From: an uncultured Bdellovibrionales bacterium
Lineage (GTDB): Bacteria > Pseudomonadota > Alphaproteobacteria > Micavibrionales > GCA-2720935
Assembly (NCBI GenBank): GCA_964351525.1
Contig: CAYGOD010000003.1
Span: 136,121 to 200,120, forward strand
Direction of reading: 5' to 3'
Length of the DNA: 64,000 bases
Made by a program: the position numbers and the translations under genes. The notes below the pieces were generated by a model that saw nothing but the letters and a program-made list of their open reading frames with translations, was not told the origin of the DNA and made no database searches. Of this stretch, positions 1-9,688 are shown piece by piece. Every line of letters begins with the position of its first letter. Position 1 is the first letter of the stretch.

Positions 1-1
1 T

Positions 2-286
2 GAAGAATTTGTTCTTATCCTCCCTGAAACGCCCATGACAGCCGCGGTAAAGGTAACAAATAATTTGCGTGAACGTATCGGTAAAAAAGAAATTATCAAC
101 CGCGCAACCAACACCCATATGGGACAAATTACAATCTCCGCTGGCGTTGCCGAATATCAACCTGGCGAAGAAGCAGCAGACCTCATTAAACGTGCCGATG
201 ATGCACTTTATGCCGCGAAAAACAATGGACGTAATCGTGTAGAAGTCGCCCATAACCCATATATCAATGTCAATAAAGGCGTTTAA
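2..286 (+). CDS. Diguanylate cyclase (GGDEF), C-terminal part; gene starts before the window
   Basis: Frame is open from nt 2 (EEFVLILPET, tail of GGEEF); ITISAGVA and LIKRADDALYAAKNNGRNRV are typical GGDEF C-terminal motifs. Confidence 0.88.
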   Translation, partial: EEFVLILPETPMTAAVKVTNNLRERIGKKEIINRATNTHMGQITISAGVAEYQPGEEAADLIKRADDALYAAKNNGRNRVEVAHNPYINVNKGV

Positions 287-383
287 TCGAGTATCCAGAT
301 ATTTTTATCCGTTATAAACGTGTCATTCAAACACGCATGCTCTATATTATTCTTTAAGAATCACCTGATTAAAGAATGACATT

Positions 384-2657
384 ATGGATCACGATAATAC
401 TTCTCCAGAAGATAATAGTGCGATAGCGACAAGCAATAAACCGTCCTATTTGAAAAGCTTAAACACCCCGCAATATGACGCGGTCGTGCAAACCGAAGGC
501 CCTATCTTGGTGCTGGCGGGTGCAGGTACGGGGAAAACACGGGTTCTAACAACGCGCTTGGCACATATCATGCGCAATGGTATGGCATATCCTTCTCAAA
601 TACTCGCCGTAACCTTTACGAACAAAGCCGCCGCAGAAATGCGCGGACGCGTTTCAGAAGCCCTAGGCGGACAGCCTGTTGAGGGTTGGTGGCTTGGTAC
701 ATTCCATGCCCTAGCAGCGCGGATGTTACGCCGTTACGCAGAAAAAGTCGGTTTAAAATCAAACTTCACCATTCTTGACCCTGACGATCAATTACGCCTG
801 ATCAAACAAGTTATGCAGGCCGAAAATATTGATGTAAAAGAGTGGCCCCCGCGTCTTATATTATCAATGATTGAACGCTGGAAAGATCGCGGCCTTGCCC
901 CGAATAAGGTTCCTCATCATGAAGGTTCAGACATTGCCAATGGTAAATTAATTCAGCTTTATACCTATTACCAAAGGCGCCTGGTTGAGCTCAACGCCTG
1001 TGACTTTGGTGATCTTATGTTACATATGCTGGTCTTGTTTCAAGACCCCGCTAATGCAGATATACTCAATCGCTATCATCAGCAATTTAAATATATTTTG
1101 GTTGATGAATACCAAGATACAAATGGTGCGCAATATTTATGGTTGCGCCTTTTGGCAATGGGCAAAAACAATATCTGTTGTGTGGGCGATGATGACCAAT
1201 CTATTTATGGATGGCGCGGCGCCGAAGTTGGTAATATCTTGCGCTTTGAAAAAGATTTCGACGGTGCAAAAGTTGTTCGCCTTGAACAAAATTATCGCTC
1301 TACCGGCCATATTCTGGCCGCTGCCTCTTCTGTGATCTCTCATAATTTGGATCGCCACAGTAAAACCCTATGGACGGACGGCGAACAAGGTGAAAAAGTA
1401 ACTGTTAAGAGCCTTTGGGACGGCGAACAAGAAGCTAGATGGATTTGTGAAGAAATTGAATCAGCACAATTAAAAAAACAAAATCTCAATGAAATTTCTA
1501 TCCTTGTGCGTGCCTCATCACAAATGCGTGAATTTGAAGAACAATTTGTAAAGCTCAGCATTCCATACCGCGTTGTTGGTGGCCCGCGTTTTTATGAACG
1601 AAAAGAAATCCGTGATGCGCTCGCCTATTTTCGCGTTCTTTTACAACCCGCCGATGATTTAGCATTTGAACGTATCATTAACAAACCAAAGCGCGGCGTT
1701 GGCCCTAAGGCATTATCACAGCTCTATAATTATGCGCGCATGGGACGCATTCCACTGGTTGAAGCAACAATCCGTTTATGCGAAACAGATGAATTGCGCC
1801 CTAAATTACGATCAACCCTTATTCAGATGATGAATGACTTTGATCATTGGCGCAGTGAGTTAGAAAATATATCACATGCCGAACTGGCAAAACGTATCTT
1901 GGATGAATCCGGCTATACGCGCATGTGGCTGGAAGATAAAAATCCCGATTCACCTGGGCGCTTAGAAAACTTAAAAGAATTGGTTCTTGCGATTGCTGAC
2001 TTTGAAACTCTCCCTGCCTTTATTGAGCATGTCAGCTTGGTGATGGATACACAGCAAAATGAAACTCAAGACATGGTATCTTTAATGACACTGCATAGCG
2101 CCAAAGGGCTTGAGTTTGACACCGTATTTTTACCAGGCTGGGAAGAAGGTATTTTCCCCAATCAACGCGCCCTAGATGAAAAAGGCTTAAACGCCCTAGA
2201 AGAAGAGCGCCGCCTTGCCTATGTTGGCATTACGCGTGCAAAACAACGTGCGATTATCACACATGCGGCGAACCGTCGCTTATATGGTGGGCGTATGGAT
2301 TGCTTACCCTCTCGTTTTATCAGCGAGTTGCCAGATGAGCACATTGAAACATCAAGCATGATGAATACGGGATCGAGATTTGGGCAAAATAATTACAATA
2401 ATAACTATCGTCAAAATGATAATTGGGGAAGTTATTACCAATCAAAATCAAATAATGTTATCGAAGGGCGTGCCCGCATATCGGTTGATAGTACAGGCGA
2501 AGCGACCGAGTTTAACCCTGGTAAACGTGTCTTTCACGAAAAATTTGGCTATGGGACAATCTTAACAATTGATCATAATAAATTGGATATTCATTTTGAG
2601 AAATCAGGGCGTAAAAAAGTCTTAAGTAACTTTGTAAAATCTGCTGACGCTGTTTAA
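384..2657 (+). CDS. uvrD: ATP-dependent DNA helicase UvrD/PcrA
   Basis: VLAGAGTGKT, VTFTNKAA, VDEYQD, LEQNYRS, TLHSAKGLEF, EEERRLAYVGITRA; C-terminal RVFHEKFGYG Tudor-like domain. Confidence 0.96.
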   Translation: MDHDNTSPEDNSAIATSNKPSYLKSLNTPQYDAVVQTEGPILVLAGAGTGKTRVLTTRLAHIMRNGMAYPSQILAVTFTNKAAAEMRGRVSEALGGQPVEGWWLGTFHALAARMLRRYAEKVGLKSNFTILDPDDQLRLIKQVMQAENIDVKEWPPRLILSMIERWKDRGLAPNKVPHHEGSDIANGKLIQLYTYYQRRLVELNACDFGDLMLHMLVLFQDPANADILNRYHQQFKYILVDEYQDTNGAQYLWLRLLAMGKNNICCVGDDDQSIYGWRGAEVGNILRFEKDFDGAKVVRLEQNYRSTGHILAAASSVISHNLDRHSKTLWTDGEQGEKVTVKSLWDGEQEARWICEEIESAQLKKQNLNEISILVRASSQMREFEEQFVKLSIPYRVVGGPRFYERKEIRDALAYFRVLLQPADDLAFERIINKPKRGVGPKALSQLYNYARMGRIPLVEATIRLCETDELRPKLRSTLIQMMNDFDHWRSELENISHAELAKRILDESGYTRMWLEDKNPDSPGRLENLKELVLAIADFETLPAFIEHVSLVMDTQQNETQDMVSLMTLHSAKGLEFDTVFLPGWEEGIFPNQRALDEKGLNALEEERRLAYVGITRAKQRAIITHAANRRLYGGRMDCLPSRFISELPDEHIETSSMMNTGSRFGQNNYNNNYRQNDNWGSYYQSKSNNVIEGRARISVDSTGEATEFNPGKRVFHEKFGYGTILTIDHNKLDIHFEKSGRKKVLSNFVKSADAV

Positions 2658-2659
2658 AT

Positions 2660-4192
2660 TTATTTAAAAGCCGGACCCGTACAGTTCTTTTTATAGGTCG
2701 GTTTTTTAAGGCGCGTAATCATATTTTTCTTTTTAGAATAATCACACACACCAATCCATTTTTGTTTGCGTATGTTCTTTAAAATACGCCCTGTCGCAAA
2801 TTCTATCGCGTCGCCATTTTTAAGAATGGCTGAACTTGTGTTATCCAACATCGCGCTTTTGTTAAAAACAGTTTTTAACTTTCCAAATTTTGCATAGATA
2901 GGAATAACGTAGCGTGCGCGCATCAAGCTTGTCATTTCTTTTATTTCCGGCCATGTCACATGCCCACGAATATCCAATTTATGTTTGGGATATGGGTAAT
3001 ATTCAATCCCCTCTTTCTCTAGTCTCTTTATAATTTTTTGATAAAATTTAGGACGCACCAACATGACATTCTTCGCCATATAGAGGGCATCGTTCTTTGT
3101 AAATTTAAACCATGGATGACTTTGATAAATAATCTGTCCTAATAACGATGTCTGATTATTTGCAACGCCATCCGTTAAAATAAATGTTTCATTCTCAGGG
3201 AGGTCTTTTACACATGAATCATTATGATATAAAAGCTCAAAAGGCTTATCCGTTTTTGTATTTAACAGCGCTTCAAATGATAATCCATCCCGTTCAAAAT
3301 TATCAATCTTGGTGCGCAATAATTCACTAGCAATAATGATTTTTCTGTCTTGGTTTGCCGCCTCAACTATCATAGATGCAATGAGCTCTAGATACCCTGC
3401 GTAAAAAGCCGCAATGATCCGTTGATCGGCATGTTTGTTAAAAATGTCTTTGATATCTTGGCGCATTTCAACATCATCATAGATAAAATCACTCCCTTGA
3501 TCGCCCTTGGTTGAATCAATCAAGAACCCATCAACACCCCCAGTTTCACCTAAATATTGCAAAAAGTCTAAATCGGTCTTGGGCCCCAATAAAACCGTTT
3601 GGTCGAGTTTCAAATCACCCGTATGGACAATACGTTGTCCTGCCCCCTCAACCAAAAACCCTAAACAATCGGGCGTTGAATGAGACACAGAAAACGGCGT
3701 TATCGTCCAGTCTTTATCGACATTTATTGGTTGTTTAGGGATGGCGGTAATCGTCTCGTAATGCCCATGTTTTCCCACGTCATATCCGTGTGAATCTAAA
3801 TAAGCACGCAGAACATTGAGAGTCATTTTTGGGGCGATAATCTTTGGCACTTTACACCCACGTAAAATTGTATGCGCCAGACCCGTTATATGATCGTCAT
3901 GCAAGTGCGTTAATAAAATTGCTTTGATTTTCGGGTTTTCATGTGATGATAATTTGGGATATAAATCATCCAAGTCAGCCATCAAATAATCAATTTTTTT
4001 GCCATTACTCTTTTTGTCCTTGAAATGCATATTACCAAAATCAATCTGGATCATATTATCAGGAAATGTTTCTAAACCAACATCACCCATGCCTATTAAA
4101 TTGGCATTGCCGCCAAGGGCGCCCCTCTGATCGCTATTATTGCCACCAACGGGCATCATATAAAGCGTTTGTTGTTTTGTTTTTCGTGTCAT
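2660..4192 (-). CDS. Divergent RNase J-like metallo-beta-lactamase/beta-CASP protein
   Basis: MPVGG, IDFG, THLHDDHITG, SHSTPD, HTGDLKLD, DST, RGH motifs; final motif reads PIYAK rather than PxHGE. Confidence 0.8.
   Translation of the reverse strand: MTRKTKQQTLYMMPVGGNNSDQRGALGGNANLIGMGDVGLETFPDNMIQIDFGNMHFKDKKSNGKKIDYLMADLDDLYPKLSSHENPKIKAILLTHLHDDHITGLAHTILRGCKVPKIIAPKMTLNVLRAYLDSHGYDVGKHGHYETITAIPKQPINVDKDWTITPFSVSHSTPDCLGFLVEGAGQRIVHTGDLKLDQTVLLGPKTDLDFLQYLGETGGVDGFLIDSTKGDQGSDFIYDDVEMRQDIKDIFNKHADQRIIAAFYAGYLELIASMIVEAANQDRKIIIASELLRTKIDNFERDGLSFEALLNTKTDKPFELLYHNDSCVKDLPENETFILTDGVANNQTSLLGQIIYQSHPWFKFTKNDALYMAKNVMLVRPKFYQKIIKRLEKEGIEYYPYPKHKLDIRGHVTWPEIKEMTSLMRARYVIPIYAKFGKLKTVFNKSAMLDNTSSAILKNGDAIEFATGRILKNIRKQKWIGVCDYSKKKNMITRLKKPTYKKNCTGPAFK
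2666..2707. terminator. Possible terminator hairpin between convergent uvrD and RNase J-like gene
   Basis: AAAAG-CCGGACC...GGTCGG-TTTTTT; bulged stem and large loop. Confidence 0.3.
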
Positions 4193-4195
4193 TAT

Positions 4196-4387
4196 CTATC
4201 CAAAAAAAGTGACGGCTAGCCATGCAAAAATAAGGGCAATCATCCAATTCAGTAAGCCATATTTAATTTTTAAATCTTTATCATTTTTAATCACATCTGC
4301 GGGGGTGTCAGACAATAAAAAATAAATGATTGTTTGTCCAATAACAAATCCTGCAATTAATCCCAGAACGGCGATTAGATAAATCAT
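4196..4387 (-). CDS. Small membrane protein (63 aa, two hydrophobic segments)
   Basis: Hydrophobic N- and C-terminal helices; tightly packed downstream of rimI. Confidence 0.65.
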   Translation of the reverse strand: MIYLIAVLGLIAGFVIGQTIIYFLLSDTPADVIKNDKDLKIKYGLLNWMIALIFAWLAVTFFG

Positions 4388-4391
4388 GATT

Positions 4392-4919
4392 TCAAGTCCT
4401 TTTTATGATCTTACGCATAACGATGGCATCATCATAGGATGCGTCTTTATCATGTGGTTCATAATATTTTTCTCTTTTATTTATTATCTCAAACTCATTT
4501 TTATTATACAAATCTACGGCCGAAATATTGCGCGATGCGACATCTAAAATAAATACATCTACCTGACTATTATCATGCAACCATTGCTCGATAAAATCTA
4601 ATATTTTTTTACCGTGACCTTGACGTCGTTGGTTTTCATTCACCGCAATGGCCAATAACTCTGCCGTTTCATATACAGTGCTTACCAATGCCCCCGCAAT
4701 AACAACGTCATCATTTATAAGTGTAAAGAAATGATAATGTGTGTTTACACGAAACCTATTGAGGCTTTCCACATCCCAATTTTCGGGCAGCGATGATTGA
4801 AAAAGATCAGAAATCAGCGACACCATCTTCTGGCACCCTGTATCATTATCTGGAAACGTTACTTTACCAATCAATTGAAGGTAACCCCGCGGCTCTTTTA
4901 GCATCGGCGGGACGCACAT
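4392..4919 (-). CDS. rimI: RimI-like GNAT acetyltransferase (true start probably about 4874 or 4826)
   Basis: AELLAIAVNENQRRQGHGKKIL, LDVASRNISAVDLY, REKYY...DAIVM; follows tsaB as is typical. Confidence 0.8.
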   Translation of the reverse strand: MCVPPMLKEPRGYLQLIGKVTFPDNDTGCQKMVSLISDLFQSSLPENWDVESLNRFRVNTHYHFFTLINDDVVIAGALVSTVYETAELLAIAVNENQRRQGHGKKILDFIEQWLHDNSQVDVFILDVASRNISAVDLYNKNEFEIINKREKYYEPHDKDASYDDAIVMRKIIKRT

Positions 4920-5454
4920 AAATCGGACTTAACGTTTCTTCCGTTAAACCAGCATCCGCCATATCAAAACATACCTTAATATCTGAGGCCTCATTGATAC
5001 CAATCACAATTCCCTTGAAACCATTCATCTCTTCCAAAGATAATATTTCTGGCTCATTTAAAGGTCTCATATCACTGTCAAATTTCTGCGTATAAAAATC
5101 ACCACGGCGTGTATTAACACAGGCTAAAATTTGAGTATTGCCAGAGGCCTGAAACGCTAAATTCTTTAACGTTGAGATTCCCATAACAGGAATAGTCAAC
5201 GAGACACCCAAGGCGCGCGCCGTTGATAACCCGACACGAATACCAGTGAAGCTGCCAGGGCCTGCTGTGACGATAATGCGCTCTATGTCCTGTAATGTTT
5301 TATGACCATCTGATAAAACAGCATCAATCATAGGTATAAGAGCATTGGCAAAACCGTGTATCATGTCAACAGATTGGACCACGCAAAGATCATCCCCATT
5401 CATCACGGCGACTTGGCATTTATCAATGGCGGTATCAATTATTAAAGAAAGCAT
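4864..5454 (-). CDS. tsaB: tRNA threonylcarbamoyladenosine biosynthesis protein TsaB
   Basis: LIIDTA, VTAGPGSFTGIRVGLSTARAL, NTRRGDFY, PIYVRP. Confidence 0.93.
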   Translation of the reverse strand: MLSLIIDTAIDKCQVAVMNGDDLCVVQSVDMIHGFANALIPMIDAVLSDGHKTLQDIERIIVTAGPGSFTGIRVGLSTARALGVSLTIPVMGISTLKNLAFQASGNTQILACVNTRRGDFYTQKFDSDMRPLNEPEILSLEEMNGFKGIVIGINEASDIKVCFDMADAGLTEETLSPIYVRPADAKRAAGLPSIDW

Positions 5455-5466
5455 TATTTAGAAATC

Positions 5467-6060
5467 TTATATTGTTTTACACATATCATCAAAATCTGGA
5501 CGTGGGCTTCGCTCATTCATATCCGTATTATCACCGTAACCAAGATTAATTAATAAATCTGCCTTAATATTTGTGCCACCAAAGAATTCTTTTGTAACAG
5601 CGCCTAAGTCAAATCCAGACATAGGCCCACAATCTAGCCCAAGCGAACGCGCCGCCAAAATCATATAACCAGCCTGCATTGCGGTATTACGAAAGGCTGT
5701 ATCTTTGATTAAATCATCATTGCCAACAAACCAACTCTTGGCATCAGCGTGCGGGAATAATGCAGGCAATTTTTCAAAGAATTCTAAATCATAGCCAATG
5801 ATAGCCGTCACAGGCGCGCTCATTGTTTTATCAACATTACCTTCAGATAGATAAGGCTTAAGCCTTGCTTTGGCCTCGTCACTTTTGACAAAAACAACAC
5901 GCATAGGTAAGCAATTAGCCGATGTTGGGCACAATTTCACCAAATCAAACAAGGCCTGTAATGTCACATCAGAAACACCTTGATCCTGCCATTTATTGTA
6001 GGTACGCGCATCACGGAAAAGTTGATTAATAGCATCATCATTAATAATTGTTTTTGTCAT
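5467..6060 (-). CDS. rutE: Malonic semialdehyde reductase, RutE-type nitroreductase family
   Basis: LFRDARTYN, PTSANCLPMR, ALFPH, RNTAMQAGYMILAARSLGLDCGPMSGFD, RSPRPDF. Confidence 0.85.
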   Translation of the reverse strand: MTKTIINDDAINQLFRDARTYNKWQDQGVSDVTLQALFDLVKLCPTSANCLPMRVVFVKSDEAKARLKPYLSEGNVDKTMSAPVTAIIGYDLEFFEKLPALFPHADAKSWFVGNDDLIKDTAFRNTAMQAGYMILAARSLGLDCGPMSGFDLGAVTKEFFGGTNIKADLLINLGYGDNTDMNERSPRPDFDDMCKTI

Positions 6061-6229
6061 GATTTATCCTTTAATATCCCGGTTACTTTATAGATTCATA
6101 ATACGTGATTTCCTCCTTGATGATAAGCACGAAGATTCTATTTCAATGAATAATCACAAACAGACATTTAATTGGTGATTTTAACACCAGAAACTGTTAC
6201 TTATAAGCCCTTAGCACAATAGATAGATA

Positions 6230-7354
6230 ATGCAAAATACAGTAAAATCAGTTGTACCACTTTCAAAAACAATATTCTTTGTAATATTGCTGTTGGCTGT
6301 GCTGTTGATAAACGCACAAGTATCTTATGCCTACAATGATAGTGCTGAATCGCGTGATAATGGTGTCGTGATATACGCATATCACCGTATTGATGAAACA
6401 GAATCGCCCGCAACAAATCTCTCTTTTGAACAATTCGAAACTCATATCAATACCATCATTGAAAATGATTATAACGTTATCACGATGGATGATGCCGTTG
6501 AGGCGCTTAAAAAAGACCTCAAGATCAAGCCTAAAACAATCGTCATTACTTTTGAAGGCGGCCATAAATCAATTTTGGACAAGGCCGTTCCCCTTTTGCT
6601 AAAACATGACCTCCCCTTCACTATTTTCGTGGCGGTCAATCACGTGGAATGGAATTCACAACGCTATCTGGATTGGGATGAAATTCAATCCCTTGCCAAA
6701 CAAGACGGCGTGGCGATCGGTCTTCATCCTTCTAGCTATAGCTCAATGTTAGATCATTCTATTAAAAATATCCGCGCACAGATCAATCATGCGAAATCAC
6801 GCTACCGTGAATTACTAGACAGCGAACCAAAATATTTTGCTTATCCCTTTGGTGAACTTAGTAAAGAAATAAAAGACATTATTAAAGACTATAAATTCTC
6901 TGCCGGATTTGGCCAACAATCAGGCGTTGCACATGCGGGGTCAGATATGTTCATGATACCGCGCTTTGCCATGACAGATAGCTATGGTGACATTGATCGC
7001 TTTCAATTAACGGCAAATGCCCTGCCTCTTCCTGTTAGTGACGTCATTCCTGAAGACCCATATATTAGTGAAAATCCACCTGCTATCGGCTTTTCAATAG
7101 ATAGTACTTTAAAGAACAAAGACTCTTTGTCTTGTTTTGCAACGGCAGAAGGTGAAACAGAGACGGTCCGTTTTGGCAAGCGTGTTGAAATTAGATTGTC
7201 CGCACCCTTTGCCCAAGGGCGTGCGCGTATCAATTGTACAATGCCCGCTGGATTTAATGAAAATGGTCAACAGCAATGGCGCTGGTTTGGTATGTTATTT
7301 ACTGTGCCTGAAGATGTGATTGATTATTCACAAAACACAGATGATAAAGAATAA
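6230..7354 (+). CDS. Exported polysaccharide deacetylase family protein
   Basis: Signal-like N-terminus; YHRI, ITFEGG (TFDDG variant), FAYPFGE, GQQSG, IPRFAM; C-terminal RARINCT..WRWFG domain. Confidence 0.85.
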   Translation: MQNTVKSVVPLSKTIFFVILLLAVLLINAQVSYAYNDSAESRDNGVVIYAYHRIDETESPATNLSFEQFETHINTIIENDYNVITMDDAVEALKKDLKIKPKTIVITFEGGHKSILDKAVPLLLKHDLPFTIFVAVNHVEWNSQRYLDWDEIQSLAKQDGVAIGLHPSSYSSMLDHSIKNIRAQINHAKSRYRELLDSEPKYFAYPFGELSKEIKDIIKDYKFSAGFGQQSGVAHAGSDMFMIPRFAMTDSYGDIDRFQLTANALPLPVSDVIPEDPYISENPPAIGFSIDSTLKNKDSLSCFATAEGETETVRFGKRVEIRLSAPFAQGRARINCTMPAGFNENGQQQWRWFGMLFTVPEDVIDYSQNTDDKE

Positions 7355-7930
7355 TTATACGGGACGTACTTCTTGTACTTCGGGAACATAATAGGTCAGC
7401 ATATTTTCAATACCCGCCTTTAATGTTGCCGTTGAACTAGGACAGCCAGCACAAGCACCGCGCATTTCTAAGTACACAATACCATCTTCAAAACTATTGA
7501 AAACGATATCGCCGCCATCTTGGGCAACGGCGGGCCTAACCCGCGTATCAATAAGTTCTTTGATTTGTTTCACAATATCATCATCATCGGCGTTAATCGT
7601 GTTTGATGATTTACTGGATGTGTTATCTGCCTGCGCCGCTAGAGCATCGTCCCACATGGCAATGCCCATTGTTAAACCGTCCAAAATAGTGCTCAGCACC
7701 AAAGGCTTTAGAACAAACCAATCTTTAGTCCCTGATTTTGTTACGGCAATAAAGTCATCACCAAGAAAAACGCCCTCAATACCCTTAATCTTTAACAACT
7801 CACCCGCCATCGGTGACGGCGCTGCCTCTTCCTCAGTTTTAAAATCGGCTGTACGACCTTGTAGAACAGGAGATCCCGGAACAAATTTAATAACATCTGG
7901 ATTAGGGGTTTCTTCGGTTTGAATAAACAT
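7355..7930 (-). CDS. NifU/Nfu-type Fe-S cluster carrier
   Basis: MFIQTEETPNPDVIKF; VRPAVAQDGGDI; MRGACAGCPSSTATLKAGIE. Confidence 0.93.
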   Translation of the reverse strand: MFIQTEETPNPDVIKFVPGSPVLQGRTADFKTEEEAAPSPMAGELLKIKGIEGVFLGDDFIAVTKSGTKDWFVLKPLVLSTILDGLTMGIAMWDDALAAQADNTSSKSSNTINADDDDIVKQIKELIDTRVRPAVAQDGGDIVFNSFEDGIVYLEMRGACAGCPSSTATLKAGIENMLTYYVPEVQEVRPV

Positions 7931-7953
7931 TTTTATGTCTCTTTTTCGAATAA

Positions 7954-8634
7954 TTAAAAAGCAGCTTTGATATTAGAGATAGTGTTCTGAACCCAGATCT
8001 CAAATAAAGAACGATCCGTGCCTAAGAAATCACGATAATAAGCCGCGGCATAGGGGCGATAAAAATCTTTAAAGTTAAGCGATGTTATAACACCCATAAA
8101 TTCAGGGAAGCGTTTTTCAAAAGATTCTTTACTTGCTTGGCACGACACAATCATCTGCATATCACCATATAGCGTCGCAAACATAATAGAGCGCTTATCA
8201 AGGCCAGATAATGATGTATAATCAGCCATCATATAGGTCGCAAAACCATCACCTAAGCCGCCCATTTGATAACCAATAACCGTTTCATTCAAAGCATCAT
8301 TCTTACCAATATTCATGCGGGCAATATTGGTAATCAGTGCGTCTTGGGTAAACTCACGCTCAACCATGGCTTTCATCTCAGCAGAGGTCTGAATAAGAAA
8401 GCGTGTATCACGTCCAGAATAGATAGAACAGCCAGCACCATCGTTTTGACCACGCGCCATAAAGACATGACTTAGGCGCTCTGCCATGCCAGAAACCTCG
8501 TACCATGTATCAGGGACTGAAAAATGATAGCCAAACTCGGGGTCTTGTTTCACGACATAATGCGCGAATGCAGAAGATACAGAAATCACGGTGATAAATG
8601 CCGCCACGACAAAACTGTTTAAAATATATTTCAT
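7954..8634 (-). CDS. Exported hypothetical protein, possibly PsbP/DcrB-like fold
   Basis: Signal peptide ending SAFA; GYHFSVPDTW start and F..VITSLNF end resemble PsbP-like proteins; ORF-track start 8688 overlaps trpS. Confidence 0.65.
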   Translation of the reverse strand: MKYILNSFVVAAFITVISVSSAFAHYVVKQDPEFGYHFSVPDTWYEVSGMAERLSHVFMARGQNDGAGCSIYSGRDTRFLIQTSAEMKAMVEREFTQDALITNIARMNIGKNDALNETVIGYQMGGLGDGFATYMMADYTSLSGLDKRSIMFATLYGDMQMIVSCQASKESFEKRFPEFMGVITSLNFKDFYRPYAAAYYRDFLGTDRSLFEIWVQNTISNIKAAF

Positions 8635-8653
8635 GTTTTTATTCCTTATAATT

Positions 8654-9685
8654 TTAGACGCGTAAAAAACCAACCAGGTCATAAACATCTTTTAATGTTT
8701 GTTCTGCGATGGCATTAGCTGTTTGTGCACCTGACTTTAATACTTTATCAATTTCATCCGGATGTGCTAATAAACGTGACATTTCGGATGTAATTGGTGT
8801 CATTTTTGATGTTGCTAGCTCAGCCAAGGTAGGCTTGAATTTAGAGAATTCTTGTCCTGCAAATTCAGTGACAACATCTATTAATTTTTGATCATTTAAG
8901 GCCGCATAAATCGTTAATAGATTTTTCGCCTCAGGACGTTCATCCAAATCTTTCACATTATCGGGCAACGCCATAGGGTCTGTTTTGGCCTTACGAATTT
9001 TTGTCGCAATCATATCGGCATCATCTGTCAAATTAATGCGAGACATGTCGGAAGGTGCAGATTTTGACATTTTTTGCGTGCCATCGCGCAAGCTCATGAT
9101 ACGTGTTGCCTCACCCAAAATTTGTGGTTCTGGCATCGTGAAATAATCCGTATTAAATTGACGGTTAAATGCGCCAACGATCTCGCGTGTTAATTCAACA
9201 TGCTGTTTTTGGTCATCACCCACAGGAACATGCGTTGCATGATAGAGGATAATATCAGCCGCCATAAGAACAGGATAAGCATAGAGGCCAAGACCTGACT
9301 TTTCTTTATTCTTGCCGGCCTTGTCCTTAAATTGTGTCATGCGGTTTAACCATCCCATCGGGGTGATACTGCCCAGAACCCAATTAAGCTGTGCATGTGC
9401 GGGAACCATAGATTGATTGAAAATCGCACATTTTTCAACATCGACACCCGCCGCCATATAGGCAGCGGCAATTTCGCGCGTACTTTTAGTTAGGGCAACA
9501 GGGTCTTGCGGCACGGTGATCGCATGCTGATCAACAACACAAAACAGACATTCATAATCATTTTGCAAATTTGTCCAGTTTTTTAGTGCCCCCAAATAGT
9601 TCCCCAAATGAAGATTATTGGTTGGTTGCATCCCCGATAAAATACGAGGTCTGGATAAAACTGGTTTTTGTATGGTCTGTGTCAT
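8654..9685 (-). CDS. trpS: Tryptophan--tRNA ligase
   Basis: SGMQPTNNLHLGNYLGA (HIGH), YPVLMAADI, VPVGDDQKQH, KMSKS. Confidence 0.97.
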   Translation of the reverse strand: MTQTIQKPVLSRPRILSGMQPTNNLHLGNYLGALKNWTNLQNDYECLFCVVDQHAITVPQDPVALTKSTREIAAAYMAAGVDVEKCAIFNQSMVPAHAQLNWVLGSITPMGWLNRMTQFKDKAGKNKEKSGLGLYAYPVLMAADIILYHATHVPVGDDQKQHVELTREIVGAFNRQFNTDYFTMPEPQILGEATRIMSLRDGTQKMSKSAPSDMSRINLTDDADMIATKIRKAKTDPMALPDNVKDLDERPEAKNLLTIYAALNDQKLIDVVTEFAGQEFSKFKPTLAELATSKMTPITSEMSRLLAHPDEIDKVLKSGAQTANAIAEQTLKDVYDLVGFLRV

Positions 9686-9688
9686 GTT

